A stretch of 63,276 bases of DNA, filler included, from Corallochytrium limacisporum Hawaii (GCA_002811645.1; 5 parts of 5 records of this genome joined end to end with filler, not necessarily neighbours in it); one strand, 5' to 3'; numbered from the whole stretch's first letter, positions 8,962-20,009 are shown. Notes: generated by a model not told the origin, from the sequence alone. Made by a program: numbers and translations.

Positions 8962-10518
8962 TTAAACACAGAGGTACTCCTTTAGCTTCTCCCGGTCAGC
9001 ACTGCGCACCACACTGACGATTGCATGGTGAAATTCGTCGTTGTCGTCACCTTCGCTCTCGCGCGCTGCTTCAATAGTGGGCGTGGCATCGCATTCGTCC
9101 AGGATATTCTGCAACAATCCTGGCCATTTCGCTGACACGCCAGGAATGCCAGCCATCAATTCAGACAGCGTTCTCGTTCTTCCGAGGACGTCAGTCTCTA
9201 TCCAGGCCTGGACCACCTCACCGCGGGCTGGCAGTCCAAGATCCCGGGCATAAAACTGAGCCATGCTCTCACTGCCACTGGTTTGTTGGTCCCTCAATCC
9301 CAGCGCTACCGACGCTACTGCCACCCGGGCGATGCAATGTGCATGACCATGGACACGTGGCCAACAACATCGGACAAAGTTGGTGACCATTTCAAGGCCG
9401 TGCGCTCGACTGATGGCATCGCTGCCGAAGCAAAGCGCCTCGACTGTACGGAAGACTGCGCGTGAGTACGCCAACATACCGATACCTAAACCATCTGCAC
9501 TGCACAACCAGGCGAGGCTCTGCCCGTAGATCCTACGTAGTGGAAGCTGGCCTTCGTACGCGGAGACAGTGAGCAGACCTTTCACCGCGTCCTTTTGCTC
9601 CGTGCTGTTGAGCACGGGCCATAGGACGCCAATTATTGCAAAACTTGCAGCGTCCACCACGGCATCGCGCGTTAGGAGAAACCGTCGGACGGTGGCGAAG
9701 AGCACACTCTGCCAGTTCCGATGTACTAGTGCCGGCCTACTCACCCTGGACAGAAAGAGAGCTAAATGGCGTAAGTTCATGGCCCTGAGACCGGGACTAA
9801 TCCGGTCTTCGTCGACAAGACGCAGATAGAGCGGCAGGAGCCGGTCCAAACGATCACTAATGACATCAACGTCAAGAAGAGAACTGGTGATGCCCAGGAA
9901 ACTCAACAGTTCGGAAGACACGGTAAAGGTATCCTCCAGATCGTCTCTTGATGAATTGACCCATGGCAACCAAAGCGCATCAAGGTTCTGACTGACATAA
10001 CCTGCTTCAATTGTTGGCATCGCTCCAGGCTTCCTGACTTCTTTAAAGACTACTGAGAGAAGTGACTGTACGATTGTCCTGCGCTGATCCCATTCTTCGG
10101 CAACACTGTCCTTAAGTGCGGTCCAGTGGGCGTCGAGCAGATTCAAACCGCGCGTGTATGTGGCAGGCCGCAACACTGTGTCGGCCATAATTAGACCGCA
10201 GGCTTGTACCACCGTCAGGGTATACTCGTTTGTATATTCCTTGTCTTTGGGGTCCTGAGCACTTACTAACCCGGAGACAGCAGTATCTACCAGTTCACAC
10301 CAGTGCCCGACCAGTTGCGCTTCTTCCGTTTCTTGTTCCGCCCTCTCCTGAGATCCTTGCCGATCACTGAATCCCTTGGTCTCCGCAGCGGCATCCCTAT
10401 CCCACACAGCCCTTGGAACCCTACCGTATGTGTCAATCAGGTGCTTAGCCGCTGCCAGCACGCCTGTGCCATCATGATGCTGTGGCTTTCCTAAGGTCTC
10501 TGCCATTCTTCCTGGCAT
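8962..10518 (-). CDS. TTI2: TTI2-like subunit of the TTT PIKK chaperone complex
   Basis: 518-aa helical ORF with GLEMVTNFVRCCWPRVHGH, resembling the Tti2 CWPRI..H motif. Confidence 0.65.
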   Translation of the reverse strand: MPGRMAETLGKPQHHDGTGVLAAAKHLIDTYGRVPRAVWDRDAAAETKGFSDRQGSQERAEQETEEAQLVGHWCELVDTAVSGLVSAQDPKDKEYTNEYTLTVVQACGLIMADTVLRPATYTRGLNLLDAHWTALKDSVAEEWDQRRTIVQSLLSVVFKEVRKPGAMPTIEAGYVSQNLDALWLPWVNSSRDDLEDTFTVSSELLSFLGITSSLLDVDVISDRLDRLLPLYLRLVDEDRISPGLRAMNLRHLALFLSRVSRPALVHRNWQSVLFATVRRFLLTRDAVVDAASFAIIGVLWPVLNSTEQKDAVKGLLTVSAYEGQLPLRRIYGQSLAWLCSADGLGIGMLAYSRAVFRTVEALCFGSDAISRAHGLEMVTNFVRCCWPRVHGHAHCIARVAVASVALGLRDQQTSGSESMAQFYARDLGLPARGEVVQAWIETDVLGRTRTLSELMAGIPGVSAKWPGLLQNILDECDATPTIEAARESEGDDNDEFHHAIVSVVRSADREKLKEYLCV

Positions 10519-10781
10519 AGTGGTCCCAGACCACTATCGGTAGTTCACCATGGTTTACTCTCTTTTCGATTTTTATATACAACGGAGTCTATTGTTGTTT
10601 CCTAATTGCTATGTCATAAGAAAATAACAGGATTTGTACGGCTCTGTGCCTCTTTTACCAAGGTTCACTCTGTGTGAGACTGCCGCCTCGGGCTTGTCCT
10701 TAGAAAGCCTTCTCCGCAAGTAAACGGAGGCCCCCTCCTCCCTCCCTCCCCCCCAATGGGGCGGCGAAGGCTGAGTACGCT

Positions 10782-11741
10782 CTACTCGTCGTCAAAGATC
10801 GGTATTCCGCGTGCTTGCCGTTCCAGCGGCAGAAGGCATCCGTATATGGCTGCAGAGTATGGGGTATTGACACCGGCCAGCTGTCCGTGGCGCACGACAT
10901 CGCCGATCTGATCCTCCAACTCTGATGGCTTGCCATCTGCAATGTCTCGCGAGAGTGACGAAGTGCTGGTCTTAGGAATATTGGCAAGCCGGGCCATGAC
11001 TTGTTGCACAAAGTTGTCAGGATCTAGATCAAGGCCTCTTGCAGCCTTTGCCACGTCACACACTTCGCGCAAGATCTGCTGAAAAACATGTTTTGACTCT
11101 GGTACGGCTAAGACAGTGCGAATCGAGCTCTGAGAGGCGGCACAGACATTACAGGCAGAAATGAAGGCGAATTTCTCCCACAATTCCTTATGGATGTCAT
11201 CAGGGATGCGCGGCTTGATTCCTTTGCACTGCTCCAGCGCATTGAATAGCCAGTTGATCCTTTCGGTTCGTTCATTGTTGTACTCATTAAAGGAAATTTC
11301 TGGGGCAGCACCTTCGTGCACGATTGTTCCTGCTTCCTTGATGTAAGCAATGATTCTGAAGACTCCCGGAGCGATCTGACTCTCCGGAGCCACTGCCTTC
11401 AAATTTTCCGGTGCAGAGACTCCGTTCTGCAGCGGAATGAGCACAGTGTCAGAGTGAAGGAGTGGTGACAGGCTAGGTGCCAGGTCTTTCACTTGCCATG
11501 GCTTGGTGGTAATGAACACATAGTCAACAGGTCCCAGATCAGCAGCTTTCGTGCTCGCTGTCACATTTGGTGAGTGGTAGTCACCCGCAATCGACTTGAG
11601 CACTAGTCCGTTGCGCTTGAATGCGTCGAGTGTCCGCTCACGCACCAAGAAGCTCACATTGAACAAAGCAGATTCAATCAAGCGGGCACCGAGATACCCG
11701 CCTACGCCTCCTGCGCCAACGATTGCAACCTTCTTCAGCAT
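10782..11741 (-). CDS. panE: 2-dehydropantoate 2-reductase (ketopantoate reductase, PanE/ApbA family)
   Basis: Rossmann motif IVGAGGVGG, TKPWQ, PLQNG, LWEKF and SSLSRDIADGKPSELE. Confidence 0.93.
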   Translation of the reverse strand: MLKKVAIVGAGGVGGYLGARLIESALFNVSFLVRERTLDAFKRNGLVLKSIAGDYHSPNVTASTKAADLGPVDYVFITTKPWQVKDLAPSLSPLLHSDTVLIPLQNGVSAPENLKAVAPESQIAPGVFRIIAYIKEAGTIVHEGAAPEISFNEYNNERTERINWLFNALEQCKGIKPRIPDDIHKELWEKFAFISACNVCAASQSSIRTVLAVPESKHVFQQILREVCDVAKAARGLDLDPDNFVQQVMARLANIPKTSTSSLSRDIADGKPSELEDQIGDVVRHGQLAGVNTPYSAAIYGCLLPLERQARGIPIFDDE

Positions 11742-12322
11742 CGTTCAGATATCACAATCGTACCGCAGCAACCGTATGGACCAGTACACTGTAGATTCAC
11801 CGGTCTCCCTGCTGCACTCTAATACCTAGCTGTAACCATCGAACATACTTTCTTCGTCCTGGGGATCGAAAACAGCCACTGCTTCTTTCAGTCCTTCCCT
11901 CCCACAGGGGGCTCCCCCGGGCCGGGGGGTCTCCAAGTCCGTGCGAATTCGCTGCGCTGGTAGACGGTCCCAAGAACGGGAGAAGGAGGAGGATGGTCTG
12001 GGGGGTGGGAATTTAGGCCCCTGAATGCGCTCAAAAGTTTCGCGCTCGACCAGCGCGTACTCAAGACCCACCTCAACCACAGGGAAGCCGGGTCCCAGCG
12101 GGTACAGTCCGGCATTACTGGGCGAGATCGTGGGTGCAATGATGCGATGGAGGATTGCCGTGTGTTCCAGTGTGGGCAGATGCTATTTGATACAAAAGGT
12201 GTACTACTCCGCATGAGCAAAATAGCACGATCATTCTTTGTACGCAGACTGGGACCAAGAGTTCGGTCGAAGTAGGCGAGCCAGGTAAACCGCCCTCTTG
12301 CAACATACCATTCCTGGCCGTC

Positions 12323-12556
12323 ATGGGCAAGCCAATCAAAGGCACAGATTTACGGAAAGCACTTGGGGCACAGTTTAAATCAATAGCAGATGCCACCGGG
12401 GACCCAGCGTCTGCAAAGAAAGTGGGTAAGAGTGTAGATCCGTTGCTCGAGCTGGATTACATTCTTTTCTTGGAGTGTGTGGCTGAGGAATACAAGAACA
12501 ACGGCAATGACATGAACCAAGCTGTCAGTCACGCCTTAAGGAAGTTCAGAGGATAG
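12323..12556 (+). CDS. CENP-W/Wip1-like small histone-fold kinetochore protein
   Basis: 77 aa; LLELDYILFLECVAEE helix and C-terminal LRKFRG resemble CENP-W/Wip1. AATAAA at 12570. Confidence 0.55.
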   Translation: MGKPIKGTDLRKALGAQFKSIADATGDPASAKKVGKSVDPLLELDYILFLECVAEEYKNNGNDMNQAVSHALRKFRG

Positions 12557-12679
12557 ACCCCAAAACATCAATAAAGTTAAAGAATTTGAACTGTACATTT
12601 TGTATGTGAAATATATTTATACATTGAGATATAGGCCTACCAAAGAATAAATGTTGACTTGTTTGACCCCGACGAATGC

Positions 12680-12961
12680 TCATGACTCTTCCGTGGGGAT
12701 TTCGGCAGCAAGGCGTTTCTTAGCCTTTTCGAACTTACGAACCTTTTCAAAATGGCGGATCCAGCTATTGGGACAGTATCTCAGGGCTTCATCCCGAAGC
12801 TCTTTACATTTCTCCCTATCATCACCACTCTCGGCCAAACAGTCAAAGTACTTGTCCCGGTGCTCGTAACACTGTTGTCGTTCCGATTTAGTCGGGGGTT
12901 GTTCTGTGAAGTCTCGTACTTTGGTGGACTCTCCACCACCAAACCAATCAAACCAGCCCAT
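12680..12961 (-). CDS. COA6: Cytochrome c oxidase assembly factor 6 (COA6/COX6B family)
   Basis: PPTKSERQQCYEHRDKYFDCL...C...CPNSWIRHF, a CX9C-CX10C pattern. Confidence 0.85.
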   Translation of the reverse strand: MGWFDWFGGGESTKVRDFTEQPPTKSERQQCYEHRDKYFDCLAESGDDREKCKELRDEALRYCPNSWIRHFEKVRKFEKAKKRLAAEIPTEES

Positions 12962-13269
12962 GATGTACAGCTAGTTTTCTTTAAATATAATTGCATTGGA
13001 TCTTCTTAAACAACTTTCAACTCATTGGTCGCAGTGCGCTCGATCCTAAAATAGCCACTCATACACTTCCACTTCAATACGCCACAACCCTCGGTTTCAC
13101 TCGATACAGTTTCGAAAAAATTCTAGACGGTCGCTACTTCGAAATCAGTCGTACAGCCCACCACGGCACCATTTCCCAAGCGCAAGCAACAGCCACCACC
13201 AACCACCAAAACATATCAAGCACCTACGTCACCGCCACACACTCGGCCCTCAATTGGCTCCGGATCATC

Positions 13270-13740
13270 TCTCGCCCCCCCCACGCTCCAAGTGTCCCGC
13301 CCCCCCCCCCTTCTCTTCCCCTCGGCGGAGACTGGACGGCGCCGCTGGCTTTTCCTCTTTGAGGGGGAGGTGGCTGGGAAGGTTCCGGACGCGGGCCAAG
13401 CAGCGCGACCGAAGGCGCCGGCAGACCGAGGCCGCCTGGGGGAGGGGGGGGGTAGGTGGGCTGTTGAGAACACACACACGCCGACTCGGTTTGTACGGGA
13501 GGTGGTGCCGGCAAGGTGGCAACCAACTCCCCTTCCCTCGGCCCCTTTACCCAACTCCGCGCGCGCGCGCGTTCCAAAAAAAAATGCAAAAGCCGTCGAA
13601 AACGCGGGGTCGCACGGGATGCCTTCCGCAGGACCTCGTCTCCCTTTGGGTGAGGGGGGTGGGGGTTGTGAAGGGGTCCCCTGCGGTAGAGTACCAAAGC
13701 GGAGGGGAGAGGGGGAAAAGCGGTAGAGAATGTGTGGAGT
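13270..13740. promoter_or_regulatory. GC-rich bidirectional promoter with C-runs on the left and G-runs on the right
   Basis: Lies between divergent COA6 (-) and ZNRD2-like (+). CpG-rich, with multiple C and G homopolymer tracts. Confidence 0.55.
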
Positions 13741-14137
13741 AAATTAGGGCCATTTTTGCAATTTTTGCGCCTTTCGGTGAAACAGGACGCAGTGCGCGCA
13801 AGAAAAAGACCCCAAGCGGTGTCCTGCGCAAAGCCACTCTCAGAGGACCAAGATTGGCGGTTTGCGTACCGATCGCTGAGGTTCGTTCCAATGTCTATCT
13901 AGTGCTCCCTTTTCTTAGTTGATTTTGGATGCCTTTGGGCTGGTCTTCTGATGTGATTAAACATAAGTCGCCCTGTGACAACGCCATCGGGAGGCTTCTG
14001 GTACTTGAACGCACCAAGCTACGGTCCCTTGCGGAGCGAAAACCATCGCAGATCCTACATTGTATTGACTTATTTTATTGTAGTGCTGGTGTGATTTGTA
14101 TAGTAAATCACCAGCTCACGACCTGGAGTAGTTTCGG

Positions 14138-15625
14138 ATGGTGTGCATTGCGAAAGAGAACGCTGAGCATTATCATCCTTTCAGTAGTGAAGATTACGCT
14201 TCAGAACGATTGCGCAGATTTCAACAGAGTCTCAGTTACACATCCTTTGCTGCTGCTGCACGTCGGGGACAGGAGTACGAGGCCGGTAACGTTGAAACAT
14301 TGCATACGCGTGACTGGCTGGAGGAGTCTGACTCTGACGAAGAAAGAATTCAGCGGCGAAGAGAAAGAGTTCCCAGCCGCACTTCGGAAACAGCAGCCAT
14401 CAACCGGGGTTCCCCAGAACGTTCTGTATCACCGACCATATCAACGATGCCAGAGCCTACGATCGCCGGTGGAGCAGCCAGGGCTGATTACCTACCATCC
14501 CGTGTCGATGATGACACCCTTCGTCGTCGCCAGGACAGGAACGACCGCATATCTGCGCGTTTGGCACACTACCTGCCCCAGGGCTGGGCTATGCTTGCGG
14601 AGACCTGCAATACTTGTGGTACCGTACTGCTGCGGCAGAGGGGTTCGTCGGAGACGTACTGCGTTGCCTGCAAGGAAATTGATGTAGAGGATCAGCAGCA
14701 GGCACAGCAGCAGGCACAGCAGCAGGTAATATCGACACCAGCGCAACCGGCACAGCGGCGACAGCAGCAACCACCATCGGTTGAACCCAGTGCATCAGCC
14801 GCAATAGCTGCAGGCGAGAACGCACCGTCCATAGATCCTGTGTCCTCGGCAGCGCTCGATCGCCTGACCCAGCGCTTCCAGGACCTTGCGCGGGATATCC
14901 ATGGCCCACAGGGGGCGTCCGGTGCCTCCGGTCTGCAGGCGACCTCTTCTGCAGCGCCCAGTGACCATACGGACCGCTACTCATTCGGAACTGTGCGCAA
15001 CATAACGAACACCGGGGCTACAATCAACAGCGCGCGGTTGGGTACAGTACCCATGGATCGTGAGGAATTGTACAAAAGGGCTGTAGAACAGCATGGGAGT
15101 CAAGGGTCTGCGCCGCACCAGCAATCGAGTCCAGGCAGTGCTACACATCTGCCATCGTCGTCCCAGGGCACCGGTCTTCCCGCAGCATTCTCTGCGGGTG
15201 GCAGTGACCCTGCGGTCCAGGCATCATCATCATCGCACCATAACGCTCTCCACCATTCCCATCATCATCATCACAAACGACCTCGCAGCTCCCACGATTT
15301 GCGCGGTGGGGCTGTGACGTCGACCATGTTCACCCCCGGAGTTGCTGTTCACCACAATCCCACCGGATATCGTTCCTTTCCACGCGGCCATGGCTATCCA
15401 GACGGACCCAGCCCAGATTTCGGCCAAGGCGGCGGCCCAGATGTGCCGGACTCGGTCCATGGGTCCCTCCTGGACGCCCTGGAGCACGTCTCCCAGAAGC
15501 TTCGCACCACCTCTGAGCAGCTGGCTGAATCGTCGACGTACAGTGAATGCACACGGTTGACACAGCTTATCAAGGAACTCGGTGAGGCCATGTTGGCTCT
15601 ACAGCAGGCTCGCCGTGCACTGTAA
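14138..15625 (+). CDS. ZNRD2: ZNRD2/SSSCA1 (autoantigen p27)-like zinc-ribbon protein with long low-complexity region
   Basis: DRISARLAHYLPQGWAMLAETCNTCGTVLL...YCVAC zinc ribbon and a C-terminal helical segment. Confidence 0.8.
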   Translation: MVCIAKENAEHYHPFSSEDYASERLRRFQQSLSYTSFAAAARRGQEYEAGNVETLHTRDWLEESDSDEERIQRRRERVPSRTSETAAINRGSPERSVSPTISTMPEPTIAGGAARADYLPSRVDDDTLRRRQDRNDRISARLAHYLPQGWAMLAETCNTCGTVLLRQRGSSETYCVACKEIDVEDQQQAQQQAQQQVISTPAQPAQRRQQQPPSVEPSASAAIAAGENAPSIDPVSSAALDRLTQRFQDLARDIHGPQGASGASGLQATSSAAPSDHTDRYSFGTVRNITNTGATINSARLGTVPMDREELYKRAVEQHGSQGSAPHQQSSPGSATHLPSSSQGTGLPAAFSAGGSDPAVQASSSSHHNALHHSHHHHHKRPRSSHDLRGGAVTSTMFTPGVAVHHNPTGYRSFPRGHGYPDGPSPDFGQGGGPDVPDSVHGSLLDALEHVSQKLRTTSEQLAESSTYSECTRLTQLIKELGEAMLALQQARRAL

Positions 15626-15731
15626 CTGCAAAAGAGAGACTTAATCTAGGTAGCGTTCTACAAATGTAATAAAACATGTGATAGTTGATCTTGAAAAGTA
15701 GTAATATACAGGAAGACACATTAGGGACCCA

Positions 15732-17618
15732 CTACACTTGTAGTGACTTGCGTGCAGACTTGGGAACCCTGTCATCTTCGACCCATCCGCGCTTCAGCAA
15801 CTGTTGTTGCTTCTCCCTTAGCTTGATCGGGTTGTTCAGACGCCGACGCTTCCAGTGCTTTTTCTCATCACCCTTTTGGGGACTCTCCTTGAGTACCCAT
15901 CGCTTCATACGGAAGCGCTGCGTGTCACCGTGAGAGCCCATTTTGTCTCTGGCCCTCACAGCCTGCGGCTGTAAAGGACGGCTGCGCAGTGCAGTACCGT
16001 AACCACCTGGCGTCCACACCGAGCAAGTGACTGATTTACCCCTCTTTGCAGCGACACTGAACCATCCAAGGCCGCTGAGTACGATATCCGCCTGAGACTC
16101 GAAGGGCGTCTCGCCGTCAATGGTGTAGTCTTGGCTTCGAAGAGCGGGCAGGTTCCTCAAGGATTCCTGACTTAGGGGGGGACCAAGATTGCCGGTACCG
16201 ATGTCCCGCTGGTACACCCTCTGAGCATTTTCTGTGCGGACCCGTTTGATCATGACATTCTGCGGCACGTGGAAGGTAACGTTTGCCTTGCCCACCGAAC
16301 CAGCATGATTCAAATGGTTGTCAGTCCAACCGCCGCGCTCATCTGCTTTGAAGTCGATGCGACACAAGGAACCCACAAATATGGAATCACCGTGCCGCAA
16401 TTCCCACACACGCGGACGCAGAGTACTTTGGCTGGGCGTGTACGCCTTCACATCCTTTGGATCCGTCACCATATCGACTAAGGACGGCCTCGAGTCAAAG
16501 CCCGGCAGATCGCATATGGTCTTGCTCAGATCCGCAACATACTTTTCTCCCTCGGCGTTGGTGTTGGGTTTTCGGATGGGCAGCCTGTAGGTGATGCGCT
16601 CCATTGTGGTTCCAGGCCAGAAACTTACTGTCGGGAGCGTTGTCTTCTCATCCATCACCTCTTCAAGGTCTCGCAGTCCCAGCAAATCTTCCACATAGTC
16701 ACCAGACTCTTGGCGCCGTAGCTCTTCCCTGGCTCTAAAGTACTCGACTAGCGCGCTGACAAGCGTACTCTTGCCCGAATTCGTCTTGCCGACGACGTGA
16801 ATGGATCCACCCTTTGGCACATGGCCGTCGATATAGTTTACGATGTGTTCAATATCCAGTTTCTTTAAAGCGCTGGTGAAGTAGACCTTGTCTAGTCTAA
16901 TGGGGTGCTTGCTCCCGTGCTGCTCTTTGATGTAGTCCTTGATCAGATTAGCCAGATGCTTCAGTCTGCTCGCTGGCAACCGGGATGGCGTGATGAGATC
17001 CACCTTGTTCCCAATAACTACAAGGGGCACGTCGCGGTCTGCCAGGGCCTCTTCGAGTTCTGCAGGCCAGGAGTATGGGAAATCGGCTAGATCGACAACA
17101 GCAAACACCACACTCTTCGGTTCCTTCTTAAGCACCTTCAACAGTCTAATAGGATCTGCCACCTGTTGAGACATCGGCGTGATAAGCTGCTTTTTGACTA
17201 CCTTGCTCTGGTAGTGACGTAGATCATGACACCTGGAGCACACTGTTGTGGGGCCGACTAATTCTCTCACACCCTCAACCTCTTCGCTTTCATTTAATGT
17301 AATATACCCGGCGATGGATGGATTGTCATCCTGGAACACGGCACCACATCCGTGACATCTTCGATGTTCACGCAAGGCTTTGGTAAAGGACACATATCCG
17401 TCCCGCATTTTGAGTTTCATTTCCGCGAAAGACATACGACTGTGAATTTCCTCGGCTTGGTCGCTCATTTTCTTAACGTCTTCCTTATCCAACAGTGGAG
17501 TGGATATCGACAGCAATCGGCTGCAGTTGGAAAGCACTGATTTACGACAATGTCGCGTGGCTGCCGGGTGTCTGGCAAAGTGTACCGCCCGCGGTACAAC
17601 TTTGGTCAGTAGCATCAT
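15732..17618 (-). CDS. NOA1: NOA1/YqeH-type circularly permuted mitochondrial GTPase
   Basis: CHGCG...CSRC zinc finger, then G4 NKVD, G1 GKTNSGKST, G2 WPGTT and G3 DLPG in permuted order. Presequence-like N-terminus from ATG 17618. Confidence 0.9.
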   Translation of the reverse strand: MMLLTKVVPRAVHFARHPAATRHCRKSVLSNCSRLLSISTPLLDKEDVKKMSDQAEEIHSRMSFAEMKLKMRDGYVSFTKALREHRRCHGCGAVFQDDNPSIAGYITLNESEEVEGVRELVGPTTVCSRCHDLRHYQSKVVKKQLITPMSQQVADPIRLLKVLKKEPKSVVFAVVDLADFPYSWPAELEEALADRDVPLVVIGNKVDLITPSRLPASRLKHLANLIKDYIKEQHGSKHPIRLDKVYFTSALKKLDIEHIVNYIDGHVPKGGSIHVVGKTNSGKSTLVSALVEYFRAREELRRQESGDYVEDLLGLRDLEEVMDEKTTLPTVSFWPGTTMERITYRLPIRKPNTNAEGEKYVADLSKTICDLPGFDSRPSLVDMVTDPKDVKAYTPSQSTLRPRVWELRHGDSIFVGSLCRIDFKADERGGWTDNHLNHAGSVGKANVTFHVPQNVMIKRVRTENAQRVYQRDIGTGNLGPPLSQESLRNLPALRSQDYTIDGETPFESQADIVLSGLGWFSVAAKRGKSVTCSVWTPGGYGTALRSRPLQPQAVRARDKMGSHGDTQRFRMKRWVLKESPQKGDEKKHWKRRRLNNPIKLREKQQQLLKRGWVEDDRVPKSARKSLQV

Positions 17619-18302
17619 GCTCAATTTCTTTACGGTTCTATTTTCCGACCTTTTGTTCACATAGTTCTTCCAATTAAAGAAACCTGACTTCCGGCCTTTA
17701 ATGATCAATGATCTCTCAACAGAGCAGGATGGATTCCTGAAATAACTTGCGACTGGGATAAACCCACCGCCCTGACCCAAACTTCAGAGACCCGCGTGGA
17801 TACGGTCTGGGACGCCCGGCAGAGGAAAATATTTCCTCGGCTCCGGGAGGGGTCCCCCCCTCTCTGCCTTCCCTCCCCACTCACCATTCCGACTCCCCCT
17901 CTTCCTTTTTTTGGCGCGAGTAATTCAGCAACCAACCATCGCTGTCTGCGCACCAAGTGCAGAGTAACGAAGACACGAACAGAGCCAAGCTGGTAGCCAC
18001 TGGCTGACAAGGGGAGGGCAGAGAAGAGATCTAGTGGAACCTGCGACGCACCGTTTTCAGGAGACTCAGTCGGCTTTATGTTGTTGGTAATGGTGTGCGG
18101 TACGATGGAACTGGATGCGCGTGAAGGTTTCTGAGAGTGTTAGTATGATCGAGCCAATGACATGTTCACTGTAATAGACACGGCTCCCCGGAATTAAAAG
18201 CTAAGCGCGACTGCCGCAGTTTGACTTAGAAAGGACGCATAGATTCGCACAATGGAGTGTACATAGCCGCATTTAGTGTTTTTGAGTTGTGCATAAGAAA
18301 GA

Positions 18303-19922
18303 ATGAACACATCCTTTTCGCAGACCATACAGATAAGCATGGAGGACCCATTCCTTGGTCCTTTTGATGGCCCTTTGGAGGTACGGGGAGAGCACTTTGT
18401 GCTCAGTGTGGTACCTTCGGGCCAATTAGGCGCGCCAGAGGCGGGAATAGAGATCCTTTTAGAGGATGTGAATACAGCTGACCAATGGGCCGCCGAATTC
18501 ACTGCAGGTTACATTGAAGAACTTACGACCAAGACAGGGTCGTTCAAATCCTTTCCGGTCTTTTTACGGATGCTCTACAATGCTTTGGGTCTCTATCACA
18601 CCACGATTTCACACGACGAAGGCGGGGGAGTGACTTTGGATCTTTTGTCGCCGGAGGATCTTGAAATGCTGCGGAGGAGAAGGACTGGTGGTCGCGGGAA
18701 ACCCGTGCACAACAGTTCCGCGGCCTCGGCAACTGCACCTGCCCAGCAACAGCGCCGGTACTTGATCGTTACGTACACAAGCGACTATGACAGAGTCCAC
18801 TACCCTCTACCCCTCAGCTACTACGGGCAGCCCGATCCTGCTGCCTTGCGGCGACAGATTCGGGATCTCCAGGATATGCACGGAACTCAGGGTGTAACAA
18901 ATGATCAGCGCACGCAGACACAGTTGGAGAAACTGAGGGCGGACAATCAACGGCTCCACGCCAGAGTCGAATCCTTGCAAGCAGAGCTCAAGACGGAACT
19001 TGGAGACTCAGCCGCCCATAAGTCGGCCAGTACGGAGCGACTGCGCATGCGTATCCAAAATCTTGAGGTCGAACTGCGCACCGAACGGATGCGGCACAAA
19101 AAGACCCTGAGCGCCGCCAAGGTGGAGCGGGAGAAGCTGATGCGCAAGATTGAAGAACTCCGGGCGAGCGAACGTGATTTGCGCGCAGAACTACGCAGTA
19201 GAACGCGCAGTACGCGTACTGGTGCTCGTGCATCTCCGGGCCCTTACTCACGCTACGCCTCTGGCACCCCACCGCGCAGCAGTGGCTACGGTACTAGTCG
19301 CAGCGTCAATAATAGCTACACGTCAACCGCCCGCTCGGGACAGTCGACGCCACAGAGGTCAGGGCGCAACGCAAGTGCCGGCTATTCCTCGTCGTACGGT
19401 TCGAGCGTCGGTGCCACAATGACAAAGCGTGCAGTGAGTGCATCTCCGGGTCGCCGCCAGTCTTCCGGGTTCAAACGTTTCGACCCCACAGCCTGGGCCG
19501 AGGAAGCGAAAATGAAGCGTGAACTTGCTCGTCAGAGAGTCGCGGAGAGGTCTAGACCACCATCTGCCTCGTCTATGAATCGCAGTTACGGCTCTTCTCG
19601 TGGACCATCACCGGTACCTCGCCGGACTACGTCACTGCCGTCGTCTGCGAGCTATAACAGAACAGGGCGTCCACCGTCCGCTTCGTCAACACCCCCGCGC
19701 GGTAGCACCCGTGGACAGTACCAGAATCGAGCTCTGAACCGCAGCGTCGAAGAAAAGCGGTCGAAAGCGAGACAGGCATCTCCTATACCACCGCGTACAG
19801 AGCCTGCTTCTGCCGGCCTTCAGGGCACTGCTGAGCGCGTGTTCCAGGACGTGACCATGGAAATGTCAGAGATTGACAAACGTCTCGATGCGCTTAGTGC
19901 GTATCTAAAGCGTCAAAGGTGA
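18303..19922 (+). CDS. CCDC61: CCDC61/VFL3 centriolar coiled-coil protein
   Basis: YIEELTTKTGSFKSFPVF, LDLL, RRYLIVTYTSDYDRVHYPLPL, RFDPTAW and EIDKRLDAL motifs. Confidence 0.9.
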   Translation: MNTSFSQTIQISMEDPFLGPFDGPLEVRGEHFVLSVVPSGQLGAPEAGIEILLEDVNTADQWAAEFTAGYIEELTTKTGSFKSFPVFLRMLYNALGLYHTTISHDEGGGVTLDLLSPEDLEMLRRRRTGGRGKPVHNSSAASATAPAQQQRRYLIVTYTSDYDRVHYPLPLSYYGQPDPAALRRQIRDLQDMHGTQGVTNDQRTQTQLEKLRADNQRLHARVESLQAELKTELGDSAAHKSASTERLRMRIQNLEVELRTERMRHKKTLSAAKVEREKLMRKIEELRASERDLRAELRSRTRSTRTGARASPGPYSRYASGTPPRSSGYGTSRSVNNSYTSTARSGQSTPQRSGRNASAGYSSSYGSSVGATMTKRAVSASPGRRQSSGFKRFDPTAWAEEAKMKRELARQRVAERSRPPSASSMNRSYGSSRGPSPVPRRTTSLPSSASYNRTGRPPSASSTPPRGSTRGQYQNRALNRSVEEKRSKARQASPIPPRTEPASAGLQGTAERVFQDVTMEMSEIDKRLDALSAYLKRQR

Positions 19923-20009
19923 TAGGCACAGAGAAAAAAGCCCAAACACTGCGATACATCGCATTAGAGTTTAAGATTTCTGTTGATCGTGTTACTAATG
20001 TAGTCTTTT

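Noticed and set aside
13216-13891. Multiple overlapping 85-162 aa ORFs on both strands
   Set aside because: Pro/Gly/Arg-rich artefacts of stop-poor GC-rich promoter DNA. The same applies to 22065-22460 and 35827-36352.
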